64,000 nucleotides of DNA from a virus, in the IMG/VR virus record IMGVR_UViG_3300026078_000023, positions 29,290-93,289 of that record; one strand, 5' to 3'. Position numbers and translations under genes: made by a program. Positions 8,811 through 17,626 of this stretch are shown here, piece after piece (positions within the stretch are counted from its first letter, which is position 1; the number at the start of each line of letters is the position of its first letter). The notes below the pieces were generated by a model. It did not search any database, was not told the DNA's origin, and saw nothing but the letters and a program-made list of their open reading frames with translations.

Positions 8811-10222
8811 GTCACCCTCCCGATTGTCGCCGGTTCGACGATGCGGACGGTGTACCCGCGCGACCGCCAGGCCTCGACCCGGGCCCTGGCGTGGGCCTCG
8901 AGCCACTTGTTCCCCTGGTCGTAGATGTCCAGGAACGTCACCGTGCGCGGCTTGCCCTCGCAGACGCGCATGATGCGGCCGACCTTCTGGAGGGCGTCGA
9001 TCCGGCTGGCGCCGGCGCCGGCGTTGACGGCGCCCTCGACCTCCGGGATGTCGATCCCCTTGTTGAACACCTTGCTCGTCACGAGGACATCGCGGAGGCC
9101 GACCTTGAGCTCGTGGATCGCGCGGTTGCGCTTGGCGGTGTTGCTGGCGCCCTCCACGAACGTCGTGCGGACGTACCCGTCGAGCATCCGCGTCAGCGCG
9201 CGCCCGTGCGGCAGCTTCGAGAAGAACACCATCGACGGGCGCGGGCACAGCTGGCGGTTGATGACCAGGCTCCGGACCAGCGCGTTCCTGGCCTCATTCA
9301 GCGTCACGCCGGCCTCGTACACGACCGGGAACGAGCCGGTCATCTTCCCGTGGCGGTGGCGCACGCAGAAGATCTGAGGGTCGCACAGCCACCCGGCGTC
9401 GATGAGCGGTCGCGGCTGCACGTCGTGGATGAGCGGCCCCAAGATCCCCACCGCGCGGTAGTCGGCCTCGTCAGACCGCTCGAACGGCGTCGCCGAGAAC
9501 CCGAGCCGCCACCAGGCGCGCTCGCAGGCCATGGCCACCTTCGAGAACTCGTCGGCCGACAGGACCTGCACCTCGTCCCCGATCACCCCTTCGGTCTCCT
9601 CGAGGAGCTGCCGGACGCGCGGTTCACCCATGTTCTTGTGCAGCGTCTGCAGGGTGGCGACCGTGTAGCGGCGCGGGTTCCACTCCCCGTCACCCGCCAG
9701 GCCGGCGACCTCGCCGGTGCACTGGTAGAACCGGTCCGCCGCCTGGTGCATGAGGTCCTTCGTGTCCACCAGGACGAGCCACCGGCACCGGACCGCGCTT
9801 CCGATCGCCGAGAAGCACTGGGTCTTCCCGCTGCCGGTCGGCATCGACACCACGCCGCGCCCGCGGCGGAGGATCGCCTCCACGGCGACGTGCTGGTAGT
9901 CGCGGAGCCACCCGAACCCGGCAGCCCGCGCCATCGCCGCGTCCCGGTCCCCGCCCGGCGCCGGCGGGCGAGCGTCGACGAAATCGAGGGCGACCCCCGC
10001 CTCCCGCGCGCGCCCGGCCACCATGCGCGACAGGCCGGCCAGGAACCGGCTCTGCTTGCGCGAGAACAGGTGGACCGTCCCGTCCCACACCCCGGCCTCG
10101 TACGCCTCTGAGTACTCGGCGCCGGGGGGTTCGACCGTCAGGTAGCCGTCCAGCCAGTCGAGCTCGGCCGGCGTGGCGCCCTCGACGCGCGCCCACGTGT
10201 TGTCAGCGACGACGCGCATCAC
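8807..10222 (-). CDS. SF2 DNA helicase (UvsW-like)
   Basis: LRDYQ, MPTGSGKT, GDEVQ, FSATP, VFNKGIDIP, QKVGRIMR. Confidence 0.9.
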   Translation of the reverse strand: MMRVVADNTWARVEGATPAELDWLDGYLTVEPPGAEYSEAYEAGVWDGTVHLFSRKQSRFLAGLSRMVAGRAREAGVALDFVDARPPAPGGDRDAAMARAAGFGWLRDYQHVAVEAILRRGRGVVSMPTGSGKTQCFSAIGSAVRCRWLVLVDTKDLMHQAADRFYQCTGEVAGLAGDGEWNPRRYTVATLQTLHKNMGEPRVRQLLEETEGVIGDEVQVLSADEFSKVAMACERAWWRLGFSATPFERSDEADYRAVGILGPLIHDVQPRPLIDAGWLCDPQIFCVRHRHGKMTGSFPVVYEAGVTLNEARNALVRSLVINRQLCPRPSMVFFSKLPHGRALTRMLDGYVRTTFVEGASNTAKRNRAIHELKVGLRDVLVTSKVFNKGIDIPEVEGAVNAGAGASRIDALQKVGRIMRVCEGKPRTVTFLDIYDQGNKWLEAHARARVEAWRSRGYTVRIVEPATIGRVT

Positions 10223-10497
10223 GCAAATTTCTTACGGAGTCCCAGGTCGATGAGGAGCTTCTCGACCTGACGCCCGTCCATCACCAGCAGCGTGCCGGTC
10301 ACCTCGAACGACACGCCGCGCTCGTCGACGTCGTCCACCTTCCACCCGTCCGGGAGCGGGTGCAGGAGGTCGTTCTCGTCGATCGCCTCGAGCTTGGCCG
10401 CCAGCTCCGGTCCAGGGTCGGCGTGGATCTCGAACTCGACCACCAGGTGGTCCCACGGCGTCCCCGGTTCGCCGTACTTGTTCCGCCTCACGGTCAC
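10219..10497 (-). CDS. Hypothetical protein
   Basis: Translationally coupled ORF (VTVRRNKYGEP...). Confidence 0.6.
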   Translation of the reverse strand: MTVRRNKYGEPGTPWDHLVVEFEIHADPGPELAAKLEAIDENDLLHPLPDGWKVDDVDERGVSFEVTGTLLVMDGRQVEKLLIDLGLRKKFA

Positions 10498-10805
10498 GCC
10501 GCCCTGCGCTTCCTGGGCCGCTGGGCCGGCGCCGGCTGCTTCTTCGGCTGCCCCTGGAACGCCTCCGGGACCTTGCGCTTCAGGTCCGCCAGGCTCGCGT
10601 AGACGCTCATCCGCCCGGCCCCCCATTTCCGCTTGCGGACCTCCCCCAGGCGGATCCAGTGGTAGATGTTCGACCGGACGACCTTCGCAAGCTCGGCCGC
10701 CTCTTCGATGGGGACGAACGGCCCGCCGTCCGCCGCGGGGACCGAGTACATCACGGCGTTCCTGGCCTCGAGCATCGCCTTCTTCTTCGGGTCTTGGATC
10801 TTCAC
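10494..10805 (-). CDS. Excisionase/AlpA-like winged-HTH DNA-binding protein
   Basis: IEEAAELAKVVRSNIYHWIRLGEVRKRKWG. Confidence 0.7.
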   Translation of the reverse strand: MKIQDPKKKAMLEARNAVMYSVPAADGGPFVPIEEAAELAKVVRSNIYHWIRLGEVRKRKWGAGRMSVYASLADLKRKVPEAFQGQPKKQPAPAQRPRKRRAA

Positions 10806-10978
10806 GGTTGCCTCTCGTGTTGGGGGTTGTTGGTCATCGAGGCGCGCACCTTCTCGAGCGCCTCGAGGAACGTCGGGATCTTGGCCGTCTCCATCAGCTC
10901 GGCCGCCAGCTCGCGCTCCAGCTCCTCGCGGGTCAGGCCCGGCCGCGTCGTCTCCTGGTCGAACCCGTCGCTCGTCAC
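10802..10978 (-). CDS. Small hypothetical protein
   Basis: GTGA-coupled 58-aa ORF (VTSDGFDQ...). Confidence 0.5.
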   Translation of the reverse strand: MTSDGFDQETTRPGLTREELERELAAELMETAKIPTFLEALEKVRASMTNNPQHERQP

Positions 10979-11601
10979 GGCAGGACCGCCTCGGCCTCCT
11001 GCAGGGCCTCCCACAGCACGCCGGCGCGGGACGACGAGAGCGCGTGCCGAACGCGGAGGGCGGCGCGCTGCACCTGGTCCCGCCACAGGCCGGTCGCCTT
11101 GACGATCTCGGTGGTGTCCATCGCCGGCCCCTCGAGGCCGACCATGAGCGCGCCCACCTGCCGCGCGTCGTTCGGGAGCCGGCGGAGCGCCCGCTCCACC
11201 TCGCGCCGCCAGCGCACCCGCGCCGCCGCCGCCTTCAGGCGCGCCTCCGGGAGGCCCTCCACCTCGAGGGCGGCGTCCTCCGGGCTCTCCACCGGGAAGA
11301 TGACCTTCTCGGCCGGGACGCGGATCTGCAGCCGGCCGGCGAGCCCGGCCTTGGCCACGGCGCGGGAGATCGAGGTCGCGCTCAGCCACTTGTGCACGAG
11401 CGCCCCGACCGCGGTGACCATGCCGCGGTAGTAGTACGGCTCGGCCCTGCCGCGGCTGGGCTTGTAGTAGTTGGCCATCTCGAGGCCGACGAGCAGGGAC
11501 TCCTGCAGGATGTCGTCGCGCATGTGGGGTGGGAAGTGCTGGCCGAGGTGGCGGGTTACGGCCTGGGCGGCGCGCTCGATGGGGGCGTGGTCGACGGACA
11601 T
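10975..11601 (-). CDS. Phage-encoded sigma-70 family RNA polymerase sigma factor
   Basis: Region 2-like RDDILQESLLVGLEMANYYKPSRG..EPY; region 4-like ALRRLPNDARQV...MDTTEIVKATGLWRDQVQR; SD GGAGG. Confidence 0.75.
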   Translation of the reverse strand: MSVDHAPIERAAQAVTRHLGQHFPPHMRDDILQESLLVGLEMANYYKPSRGRAEPYYYRGMVTAVGALVHKWLSATSISRAVAKAGLAGRLQIRVPAEKVIFPVESPEDAALEVEGLPEARLKAAAARVRWRREVERALRRLPNDARQVGALMVGLEGPAMDTTEIVKATGLWRDQVQRAALRVRHALSSSRAGVLWEALQEAEAVLP

Positions 11602-11735
11602 GGGATCCTCCTGGTTGATTCTGACGTGGGGTATCGGAGCCTTGACGATTGGCTGCTTGGGTCTCACTCTGTCGGGAGCAGGCGCGTTCCTCCCTGGTTC
11701 GTGCCGTGGGGCTAGGCGGCCTCCCCGGGTCCAGG

Positions 11736-12029
11736 TCAAGCGTCACTGGACCCGGGGGGCATCCTCAGCGGGTTCCGGTGAGTAAGCTCGCGGCGCACCA
11801 CCCGGAGGACGACGCCGTCGCCAGCCACCCGGAGTTCACCTTCCTTGGTCTCCGCCAGGCGCTGGCCGTAGGCCATCAGGAGCTCGTAGGGGTCCACCAC
11901 GACCTCGACCGTTAGGTCCTCGATCCCGGTCACGACAGGACTCAGGAACCCCTTTCCGTCCGGCGCTAACACGGGCGCCTTGATCGCGTGGCGGATCCGC
12001 CCGGCGGGCATGGTGAGTTTGACGCTCAC
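11736..12029 (-). CDS. Hypothetical protein
   Basis: GTGA-coupled ORF VSVKLTMPAGR... Confidence 0.55.
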   Translation of the reverse strand: MSVKLTMPAGRIRHAIKAPVLAPDGKGFLSPVVTGIEDLTVEVVVDPYELLMAYGQRLAETKEGELRVAGDGVVLRVVRRELTHRNPLRMPPGSSDA

Positions 12030-12595
12030 CGCGCCTCCAGGTGCTTGCCGTAACGGACGTGGAGCGACTCGGAGCCCTCGGGGTCGCGGCACAGGTACTC
12101 GCGGCCGCTGGGGGCGATCTTGTCGACCACCAACTCGGACAGGAACGCGGCGGCGTACAGGCCGGACCCGGTGTACTTGGGGAGGAACTTTTTGGCGACG
12201 CGGACGGCGTCGCCGACCTTGAAGCGCGGCGCCTTCGGAGGCCGCCCGGCGGGGACGCGCTCCGAGTCGATGACCTGCAGGTGCGGGACCGCGCCGGTGA
12301 ACGATGCCGACCCCAGCGCGCCCCTCGCGGCGAGGAGGGCGACCGAGGCGTCCGAACCCGGCTTCGCGCTCTCGTTCGCGATCGCAGCGGCCACCACAGC
12401 GACGGCCTTCTGGCGGACCACCTCGGCACGCTCGAGGGCGCGGGCGAATTTGTACCAGGCGGACGGTTTGCCGGAGCGGCGCGCGGCCCTGGGTTCGGCG
12501 GGTTTCTTCGCGCTCGCGGCAGCGAGCGCGGCGCCGCGGAGGGCGGGCGTGACGGAGGCGGTGTCGTTCGTCGACGGCTTCGTGGGCTTGGCCAT
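12026..12595 (-). CDS. Basic hypothetical protein with SH3-like C-terminus
   Basis: SD AGGAG before MAKPTK; FKVGDAVRV motif. Confidence 0.65.
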   Translation of the reverse strand: MAKPTKPSTNDTASVTPALRGAALAAASAKKPAEPRAARRSGKPSAWYKFARALERAEVVRQKAVAVVAAAIANESAKPGSDASVALLAARGALGSASFTGAVPHLQVIDSERVPAGRPPKAPRFKVGDAVRVAKKFLPKYTGSGLYAAAFLSELVVDKIAPSGREYLCRDPEGSESLHVRYGKHLEAR

Positions 12596-12785
12596 GGTGG
12601 TCTCCTGGTTCGGTGGTTTCATGGGTTCGTGGGTTCGTGGTTGGCACCGCTGGCACGTGCGAGTCCGCCGCGGTGTCGTCCGGTTGCCTTTCCGGGGCGC
12701 CGCTGCAGCGGCGTTGTCCCGGCCCTCGCTTGCTGAACGGACCGTGCGAGCCCGGAGGCGACCCTCCGGGCCCGAGGCGGTCAGC

Positions 12786-13883
12786 TCAGGCCGCCTTGAG
12801 TACGTCGCCGGCCAGCCGCTCGAGCTCCAGCTTCTTCTCGGGCTCGGCGGTGTTGCGGGCGACCAGGCTGATGGCGTTCGAGAAGCGCCACATGGTGTTC
12901 CCCGGGGGGAGCTCGACGACGTCGGGGGAGTTGAAGGCCTCGGCGATCTTCTCGGCGTCGCCCACCAGGACCTTCTTCTTCAGGCCGGCGAGGGTGACCT
13001 TGGGGTCGATGCCCTGGGCGTGGGCCGCGGTGATCTTCCCGGCGGTCTCGGCGATCTTGGCGTCGGACAAGAGCGCCCGGGCGGTGTCGCGCGCGGCCAG
13101 CGTGGCGACCCGGGTGTCGGCCTCGAGCGTCTGCCGCGACCACTGGATGTCCTCGGAGAGGGCGCGGCCGAGGTGGACCTGGCGGAGGTTCTGCTCCATG
13201 GTGGCGCCGTTGAAACAGGCCAGCCGGAAGGCGAAGGTGCGCAGGCTGTTGGCGCCGGCGCCGAAGTCGCTGTTCGACCAGGCGAACCCGAACACCATGA
13301 ACTCGCCGGGCGCCGGCTCGATGATGCGGGGGACGATGAACTTCATCTCGCACCGGATGTCGGACATGACGCCGTCGACCACCACGGCGCCGACCCGCTG
13401 GGCCTCGCCGACCAGGACGTCGAGGATGGGCCGCGCGTCGATGCGGCGGAACTTGTCGCTGAGGACCGCGCGGACGTTGCCGCCGGCCGCGCGCACCAGG
13501 TAGCGCGCCTTCGCGTTCCCGAAGTGCAGGCCGTCGGTCAGGTTGCGGGCCACCAGCTCGCGGCCCCACTCGCCCTGGCCGAGGAGGTGGTCGACGTACG
13601 CCATCGGCATGGACGCCTGAGAGGCGACGTTGCCGAGCGCGTGGCGGTGGAGCGGAGCCGCCACCGCGGTCCGCCCGTCCGCGGTGCCGACGTTGAGCAC
13701 CAGGCGCCCGCCGTCAGCGTCAGAGACGGTCATCCGCGTGGCGGGCGAGATGTAGTCGGCCGGGACCTCGCGGGCCACGCGCTCCATGGTGGCGACGGCC
13801 CGGACCTGGCCCTCTTGGATGTAGCGGTCGAGGCGGCCGGTGGCGATGGACTTCTGCTCCGGGGTCGATGCGATCAGCGTCAT
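12786..13883 (-). CDS. DUF932/DUF945-family protein
   Basis: RAVLSDKFRRID, FAWSNSDFG, FRLACFNG, H.GR, TMWRFSNAIS; strong SD AAGGAG before MTLIAST. Confidence 0.8.
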   Translation of the reverse strand: MTLIASTPEQKSIATGRLDRYIQEGQVRAVATMERVAREVPADYISPATRMTVSDADGGRLVLNVGTADGRTAVAAPLHRHALGNVASQASMPMAYVDHLLGQGEWGRELVARNLTDGLHFGNAKARYLVRAAGGNVRAVLSDKFRRIDARPILDVLVGEAQRVGAVVVDGVMSDIRCEMKFIVPRIIEPAPGEFMVFGFAWSNSDFGAGANSLRTFAFRLACFNGATMEQNLRQVHLGRALSEDIQWSRQTLEADTRVATLAARDTARALLSDAKIAETAGKITAAHAQGIDPKVTLAGLKKKVLVGDAEKIAEAFNSPDVVELPPGNTMWRFSNAISLVARNTAEPEKKLELERLAGDVLKAA

Positions 13884-13951
13884 TTGTGGCTCCTTCGTTC
13901 GTGCGTTTGTGGGTTTGTGGCGCCGGGCCCAACCGCTGCCCGACGCAGACA

Positions 13952-13980
13952 TGATTACCGTAATGAAAAACCGTTCGCAA
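13952..13980 (-). promoter_or_regulatory. Putative early promoter with TTTTCATTACGGTA box
   Basis: TTGCGA-17-TAATCA on the minus strand in an AT-rich gap; shares a 14-bp box with 15217-15230. Confidence 0.55.
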
Positions 13981-13983
13981 ATG

Positions 13984-14011
13984 AAAAGAGCCTGGGTCGG
14001 CTCTTTTTTTT
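13984..14011. terminator. Bidirectional intrinsic terminator
   Basis: AAAAGAGCC-TGGGTC-GGCTCTTTT followed by a T run. Confidence 0.8.
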
Positions 14012-14023
14012 ACGGTGGGGCGA

Positions 14024-14617
14024 TCAGGCCTCGCCCGCGCGCTCGGCGGGGCGGACCTCGCGCAGGAGGTCGTAGATGCGGACGATCGGGGACGTGCCGA
14101 GGAGGGCTCCCCCGGTGGCGTACTGGGATTCAACGGCGGCGGCGGCGATCCCGGACGCCTTGGTAGCGGCCTCGACGATTCGCCGCAGGCGGGTGATCTC
14201 AGCCACGACCTGCTCGTGCTTCGCGCCCGGCATGCCGGCGGCGGCGGCCACCTCCACGGCCCGGGAGCCGGAGACCGAGTCCGACAGCATGGCGATGTCC
14301 GACAGCATGGCGATCTTGTCCTGCATGACCCGGGCGACCTGCTGGACGAGCGCCCGGGGGTCCACGGCGCGCGGGACGGCTGAGTCGTCCGGCAGGGTGA
14401 CGAATCCCGGTAGGCCCGCCTGTTCGGCGTGCCACTGGGCGGCGTGCGCGTGGCAGGCGCCGTCCCCGTCGCAGGCGTCCTCGCACCCGATCGGGTCGAG
14501 GCACTCGTCGACCGCGGCGCACAAGCCGGGGCACTTCTCGCCCGCCGGGGCGCCGTCGCGGTGGAAATCGCACCGGCCCTCGGTCGTGCAGATCAGGACC
14601 CCCTGCCCGGTGGTCAC
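14024..14617 (-). CDS. Hypothetical protein, Cys-rich N-terminus
   Basis: GTGA-coupled; eight Cys in the first ~55 aa; contains an 18-bp tandem duplication at 14280-14315. Confidence 0.6.
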   Translation of the reverse strand: MTTGQGVLICTTEGRCDFHRDGAPAGEKCPGLCAAVDECLDPIGCEDACDGDGACHAHAAQWHAEQAGLPGFVTLPDDSAVPRAVDPRALVQQVARVMQDKIAMLSDIAMLSDSVSGSRAVEVAAAAGMPGAKHEQVVAEITRLRRIVEAATKASGIAAAAVESQYATGGALLGTSPIVRIYDLLREVRPAERAGEA

Positions 14618-14874
14618 GCGCGCACCGCCGTGATCCGAAGGACGGTGTCGTACAGGGTGTGGACGACGGACTGGAGGTCCTCGCCGGTGCGCGTGACCGA
14701 CCACTTCGACGCGTGCTCGCCGAGGTCGTCGCTGTAGCTGTGAACCACCTTCCACGACACGTGAACGTGCCACTTTCCGAACACGCGGTACGTCTCCAGC
14801 ACCGCGCTCGATTTGTCCATCCACGCGACGAAATCGAGGACCTTGCGCGTAATGATCATCCCGTCGGGAGTCAC
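14614..14874 (-). CDS. Hypothetical protein
   Basis: GTGA-coupled ORF VTPDGMIITRK... Confidence 0.55.
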   Translation of the reverse strand: MTPDGMIITRKVLDFVAWMDKSSAVLETYRVFGKWHVHVSWKVVHSYSDDLGEHASKWSVTRTGEDLQSVVHTLYDTVLRITAVRA

Positions 14875-15146
14875 GCCGGCACCTGGCCGCTGCAGGAGGT
14901 GCATGTGGCGTCGACCACGCCGTTGAAGCCCTCGCACCCGTACGGGCACGCGTCGAAGCCGCGGTCCACCGCCACGGCCCCGGTGTCGTTGCAGACGCAC
15001 GGGCCGGAGGCGAACTTGGCCAGGACCTCGCGCGCCACCCGGCGCGCCTCGTCCAGGTCCTGGGTGTCGGGGCGGGTGTACGGGGTGACGAGCTCGGCGA
15101 TGACGGCTGAGATCGGCGCGTCGGAACAGCTGGCGGTCTTTTCCAT
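14871..15146 (-). CDS. Small zinc-finger-like protein
   Basis: CVC, CPYGC, CTSC; SD GGAGGT. Confidence 0.6.
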   Translation of the reverse strand: MEKTASCSDAPISAVIAELVTPYTRPDTQDLDEARRVAREVLAKFASGPCVCNDTGAVAVDRGFDACPYGCEGFNGVVDATCTSCSGQVPA

Positions 15147-15212
15147 CTGGCTACCTCCCTGGGTTTCTGGCGGCGGGTCCCGTGGGGCGGGAACCCATCA
15201 CCAATTCAGATC

Positions 15213-15242
15213 GGTATACCGTAACGAAAACTTAAACGCCAA
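15213..15242 (-). promoter_or_regulatory. Putative early promoter with TTTTCGTTACGGTA box
   Basis: TTGGCG-18-TATACC with AT-rich UP-like element; 13/14 match to the box at 13956-13969. Confidence 0.55.
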
Positions 15243-15286
15243 ATAAAAATAGTCGCCCGACGGTGGCGGGCGGGCCGGATCGGGAT

Positions 15287-15691
15287 CTACCGGCGGGAGG
15301 CCAGGGCGCGCAGGAACTCGGACCGGATGCGCCCCCGGAGCCACCGGTGGTGGGCGTAGTAGGCATCGATCAGCTCGTACCTCCGGGCGCGCATCTCTTC
15401 CAGGCGGAGGCGCTCCTCCTCGAGGTCGCGCTCCTCCGACCCGACGTCGCGCGCCTTGCGGCGCGGGAGCGACACGCCGCGCGCCGGATCGACGTCCACG
15501 AACCAGGTCACGGCGTCGAACACGGTGCGCGCGTACACGAGCACGCGCCGCGTCTTCTTGGTGCACACGATGAAGGCGGGCGATCCGTCGATCCACATGG
15601 AGGACACGATGGTCCTGCGCCCGACCACCTCGCGCCCGCGGATCGCGTCGGCGCACAGCGCATGCACGCGCGCGGCGCGCGACTCGCTCAC
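15287..15691 (-). CDS. Hypothetical protein
   Basis: GTGA-coupled ORF VSESRAARV... Confidence 0.55.
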   Translation of the reverse strand: MSESRAARVHALCADAIRGREVVGRRTIVSSMWIDGSPAFIVCTKKTRRVLVYARTVFDAVTWFVDVDPARGVSLPRRKARDVGSEERDLEEERLRLEEMRARRYELIDAYYAHHRWLRGRIRSEFLRALASRR

Positions 15692-15930
15692 GAGCTGCCA
15701 CGCGGCTTCTCGTCGTGCGCGTGGCGGATCGTCGCGGTGCCTTCGTTCAATTGGTTCGCGACGTTCGCGCACAGGTTAGCCACCACCAGCGCGCTCGGAG
15801 CGTGCGATCCCGTGACGACGGCGTCGACGCCGTCCCACGCGATGACGACTACGGCGGTGAAGCCGAATTTCTCGGCGGCCTCCTGCGCGATCATTCGAAC
15901 CGCCACCCCGACCTCAGTGGTGATGATCAC
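15688..15930 (-). CDS. Hypothetical protein
   Basis: GTGA-coupled ORF VIITTEVGV... Confidence 0.55.
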   Translation of the reverse strand: MIITTEVGVAVRMIAQEAAEKFGFTAVVVIAWDGVDAVVTGSHAPSALVVANLCANVANQLNEGTATIRHAHDEKPRGSS

Positions 15931-16508
15931 CGGAGCCCCAGCTTGCCGAAGTGCGCGAGCAAGAGCGCGTCGGCGCGGTCGATGAGCAGCGCGCCCTTCG
16001 GCCCGCGCAACATGCCGGCGGCCTTCGGATAGAGGCGCTGCGCGAACGGGATCACCGCCTCCTTCGTCTTTGGCTCTCCGTGCATCAGGACCGATTTCCA
16101 ATGCGACGAATGGACCGCCTGGTAGGTCGACGTTCGCTCGCCTTCGACGCTGCAGACGGCGAGCAGCATCTGCCACAGGCCCCAGCCCTCACCGGACGCG
16201 AACGCGTAGACCGCGCCCTGTCTCACCATACCGCCGCGGATCGCCGGCATCGGTTGCACCTTCTCGATCGTGAAGTGGTCGACGCGCGCGTCGCGGACCA
16301 TGCGCAGCATCTCGATCGGTAGGTACACCCGGTGCTGTTTCTTGTTCCCGGCCTTCGTCTTGGTGGTCTTCTCCACCCAGGCCGTCGGGACGTCGTGGAA
16401 CTCGACGTCGCCGCTGGGCCTGATGACGGCGAGGCACCCGTCCTTCCCGGGGTCGATCCCCCCGAACGAGCGCTGGTCTTGGGCCCCCGGTGCGGTCTGA
16501 TTTTCCAT
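15927..16508 (-). CDS. RuvC-like Holliday junction resolvase
   Basis: GIDPGKDG, TIEKVQPMP, AFASGEGWG, HWK, RADALLLA catalytic pattern. Confidence 0.85.
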   Translation of the reverse strand: MENQTAPGAQDQRSFGGIDPGKDGCLAVIRPSGDVEFHDVPTAWVEKTTKTKAGNKKQHRVYLPIEMLRMVRDARVDHFTIEKVQPMPAIRGGMVRQGAVYAFASGEGWGLWQMLLAVCSVEGERTSTYQAVHSSHWKSVLMHGEPKTKEAVIPFAQRLYPKAAGMLRGPKGALLIDRADALLLAHFGKLGLR

Positions 16509-16515
16509 GCCCCGG

Positions 16516-16526
16516 ATGTTGGCCGG
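16516..16526 (-). promoter_or_regulatory. CCGGCCAACAY motif (class II), 7 nt before the RuvC ATG
   Basis: Same 11-mer at 2423, 4084, 45674, 55996 and 59828. Confidence 0.65.
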
Positions 16527-16541
16527 GGACGGCCGCGGCTG

Positions 16542-16820
16542 CTACCAGCAGGAGGCGGTGACGATGCCGTTCGAGCCGGTGACCATGCGGAACCACACCT
16601 TCTGGTACCGAGACCCCGGGCGCGAGGTCGACTTGAAGTTCGCGCTGTCGAGTCGGCCGTGGTCGTTCTTGCCGTCGAAGGAGAACGCGATCACGACCGT
16701 CGCCGTGGGGGTGAACATCTCGAGGCCGTTCCGGGGGACATACCCGAAGTCCACCTCCGGGGTGGCCGCGTAGGTGGTCGTGGACGTGATCGCCGCGGTG
16801 GTGACGCTGGAGGCAGCCAT
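16542..16820 (-). CDS. Small beta-rich protein, possible virion decoration
   Basis: Leaderless promoter directly upstream; FSFDG.NDHG.L...KVWFR. Confidence 0.65.
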   Translation of the reverse strand: MAASSVTTAAITSTTTYAATPEVDFGYVPRNGLEMFTPTATVVIAFSFDGKNDHGRLDSANFKSTSRPGSRYQKVWFRMVTGSNGIVTASCW

Positions 16821-16859
16821 GCGGACAGCCTACGCGCCAGCGCGCGCGGCAGTCAAAGC

Positions 16860-17234
16860 TCAGTCCCCGGCGATCACGTACTCGATGCGGCCGGCGCCCG
16901 CCAGGCTGACCGAGGTGAGCGGGTCGCCGGCGCCGGGGGCGTGCAGGACGAGCAGGTCCGAGAACGGGATCCGCTGGTTCGCCCCGCCCGTCGCGCTGCT
17001 GACCACCGCCACCATGGCCTGCCCGTCGAGGGCCCGGACCGCCAGGAAGCGGATCGCCGTCACGGCCCCGGGGGACAGCTGGGTCGTCCCGGAGACCGAG
17101 AACGCGCCGCCGTCCTGGGCGGCGTAGTTCCGGCCGGACACGTCCAGCGCGACCGTTGCGTGAGCTCCACCTGACCCGGTGGGCGACGACGGGGACAGCG
17201 TGACCTCACCGGAGACGACGAGCTTGCTGGACAT
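16860..17234 (-). CDS. Beta-rich putative virion protein, paralog of 52978-53379
   Basis: Shares RFLA.R, LVLHAPGAGD and GAG.I.YVIAGD with 52978-53379. Confidence 0.75.
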   Translation of the reverse strand: MSSKLVVSGEVTLSPSSPTGSGGAHATVALDVSGRNYAAQDGGAFSVSGTTQLSPGAVTAIRFLAVRALDGQAMVAVVSSATGGANQRIPFSDLLVLHAPGAGDPLTSVSLAGAGRIEYVIAGD

Positions 17235-17243
17235 CGGGCCATC

Positions 17244-17621
17244 TTAGCGGCGGCCGCGCGCCGGCGTCGACTCGCGCGCCGAGGCCCTGCGGTCGGCGAA
17301 CACGGCCTGGATCCCCTCCCCGGGTAGGCCGAGGTACCCGACCGGGGCCTGGAGGACCGTGGGTTCGCGGCAGACGAACCACCTGGCGTTGCCGCGGCAC
17401 CTGCCCGGGCCCTGCCCGCCGGCCGGCCCCAGGAACTCGCCGTAGCTGCCGGGCGGGTCGATGCTCTCGTCCACCAGGTCGATCGGCCCCGTGCACCCTG
17501 GGCACAGGCTCTTGACGACGGTGGGGACGTCGTCGAATGGCGCCGCGTCGATGTCTACCGACGGCGGGGTCGGCACCAGCCGCCTGGCGACCGCGGGGAC
17601 CGGTGGCGGCAGCTTGGCCAT
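17244..17621 (-). CDS. Hypothetical protein (CPGC motif)
   Basis: ORF with SD-like TAAGGT. Confidence 0.55.
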   Translation of the reverse strand: MAKLPPPVPAVARRLVPTPPSVDIDAAPFDDVPTVVKSLCPGCTGPIDLVDESIDPPGSYGEFLGPAGGQGPGRCRGNARWFVCREPTVLQAPVGYLGLPGEGIQAVFADRRASARESTPARGRR

Positions 17622-17626
17622 TGACC

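Noticed and set aside
10494-10805. Xis-like gene as proof of a temperate lifestyle
   Set aside because: No integrase, att site or host boundary in the window; such HTH proteins are often simple regulators.
14280-14315. 18-bp tandem duplication (and a similar short duplication at about 58833-58880)
   Set aside because: In-frame micro-duplications with no evidence of function.
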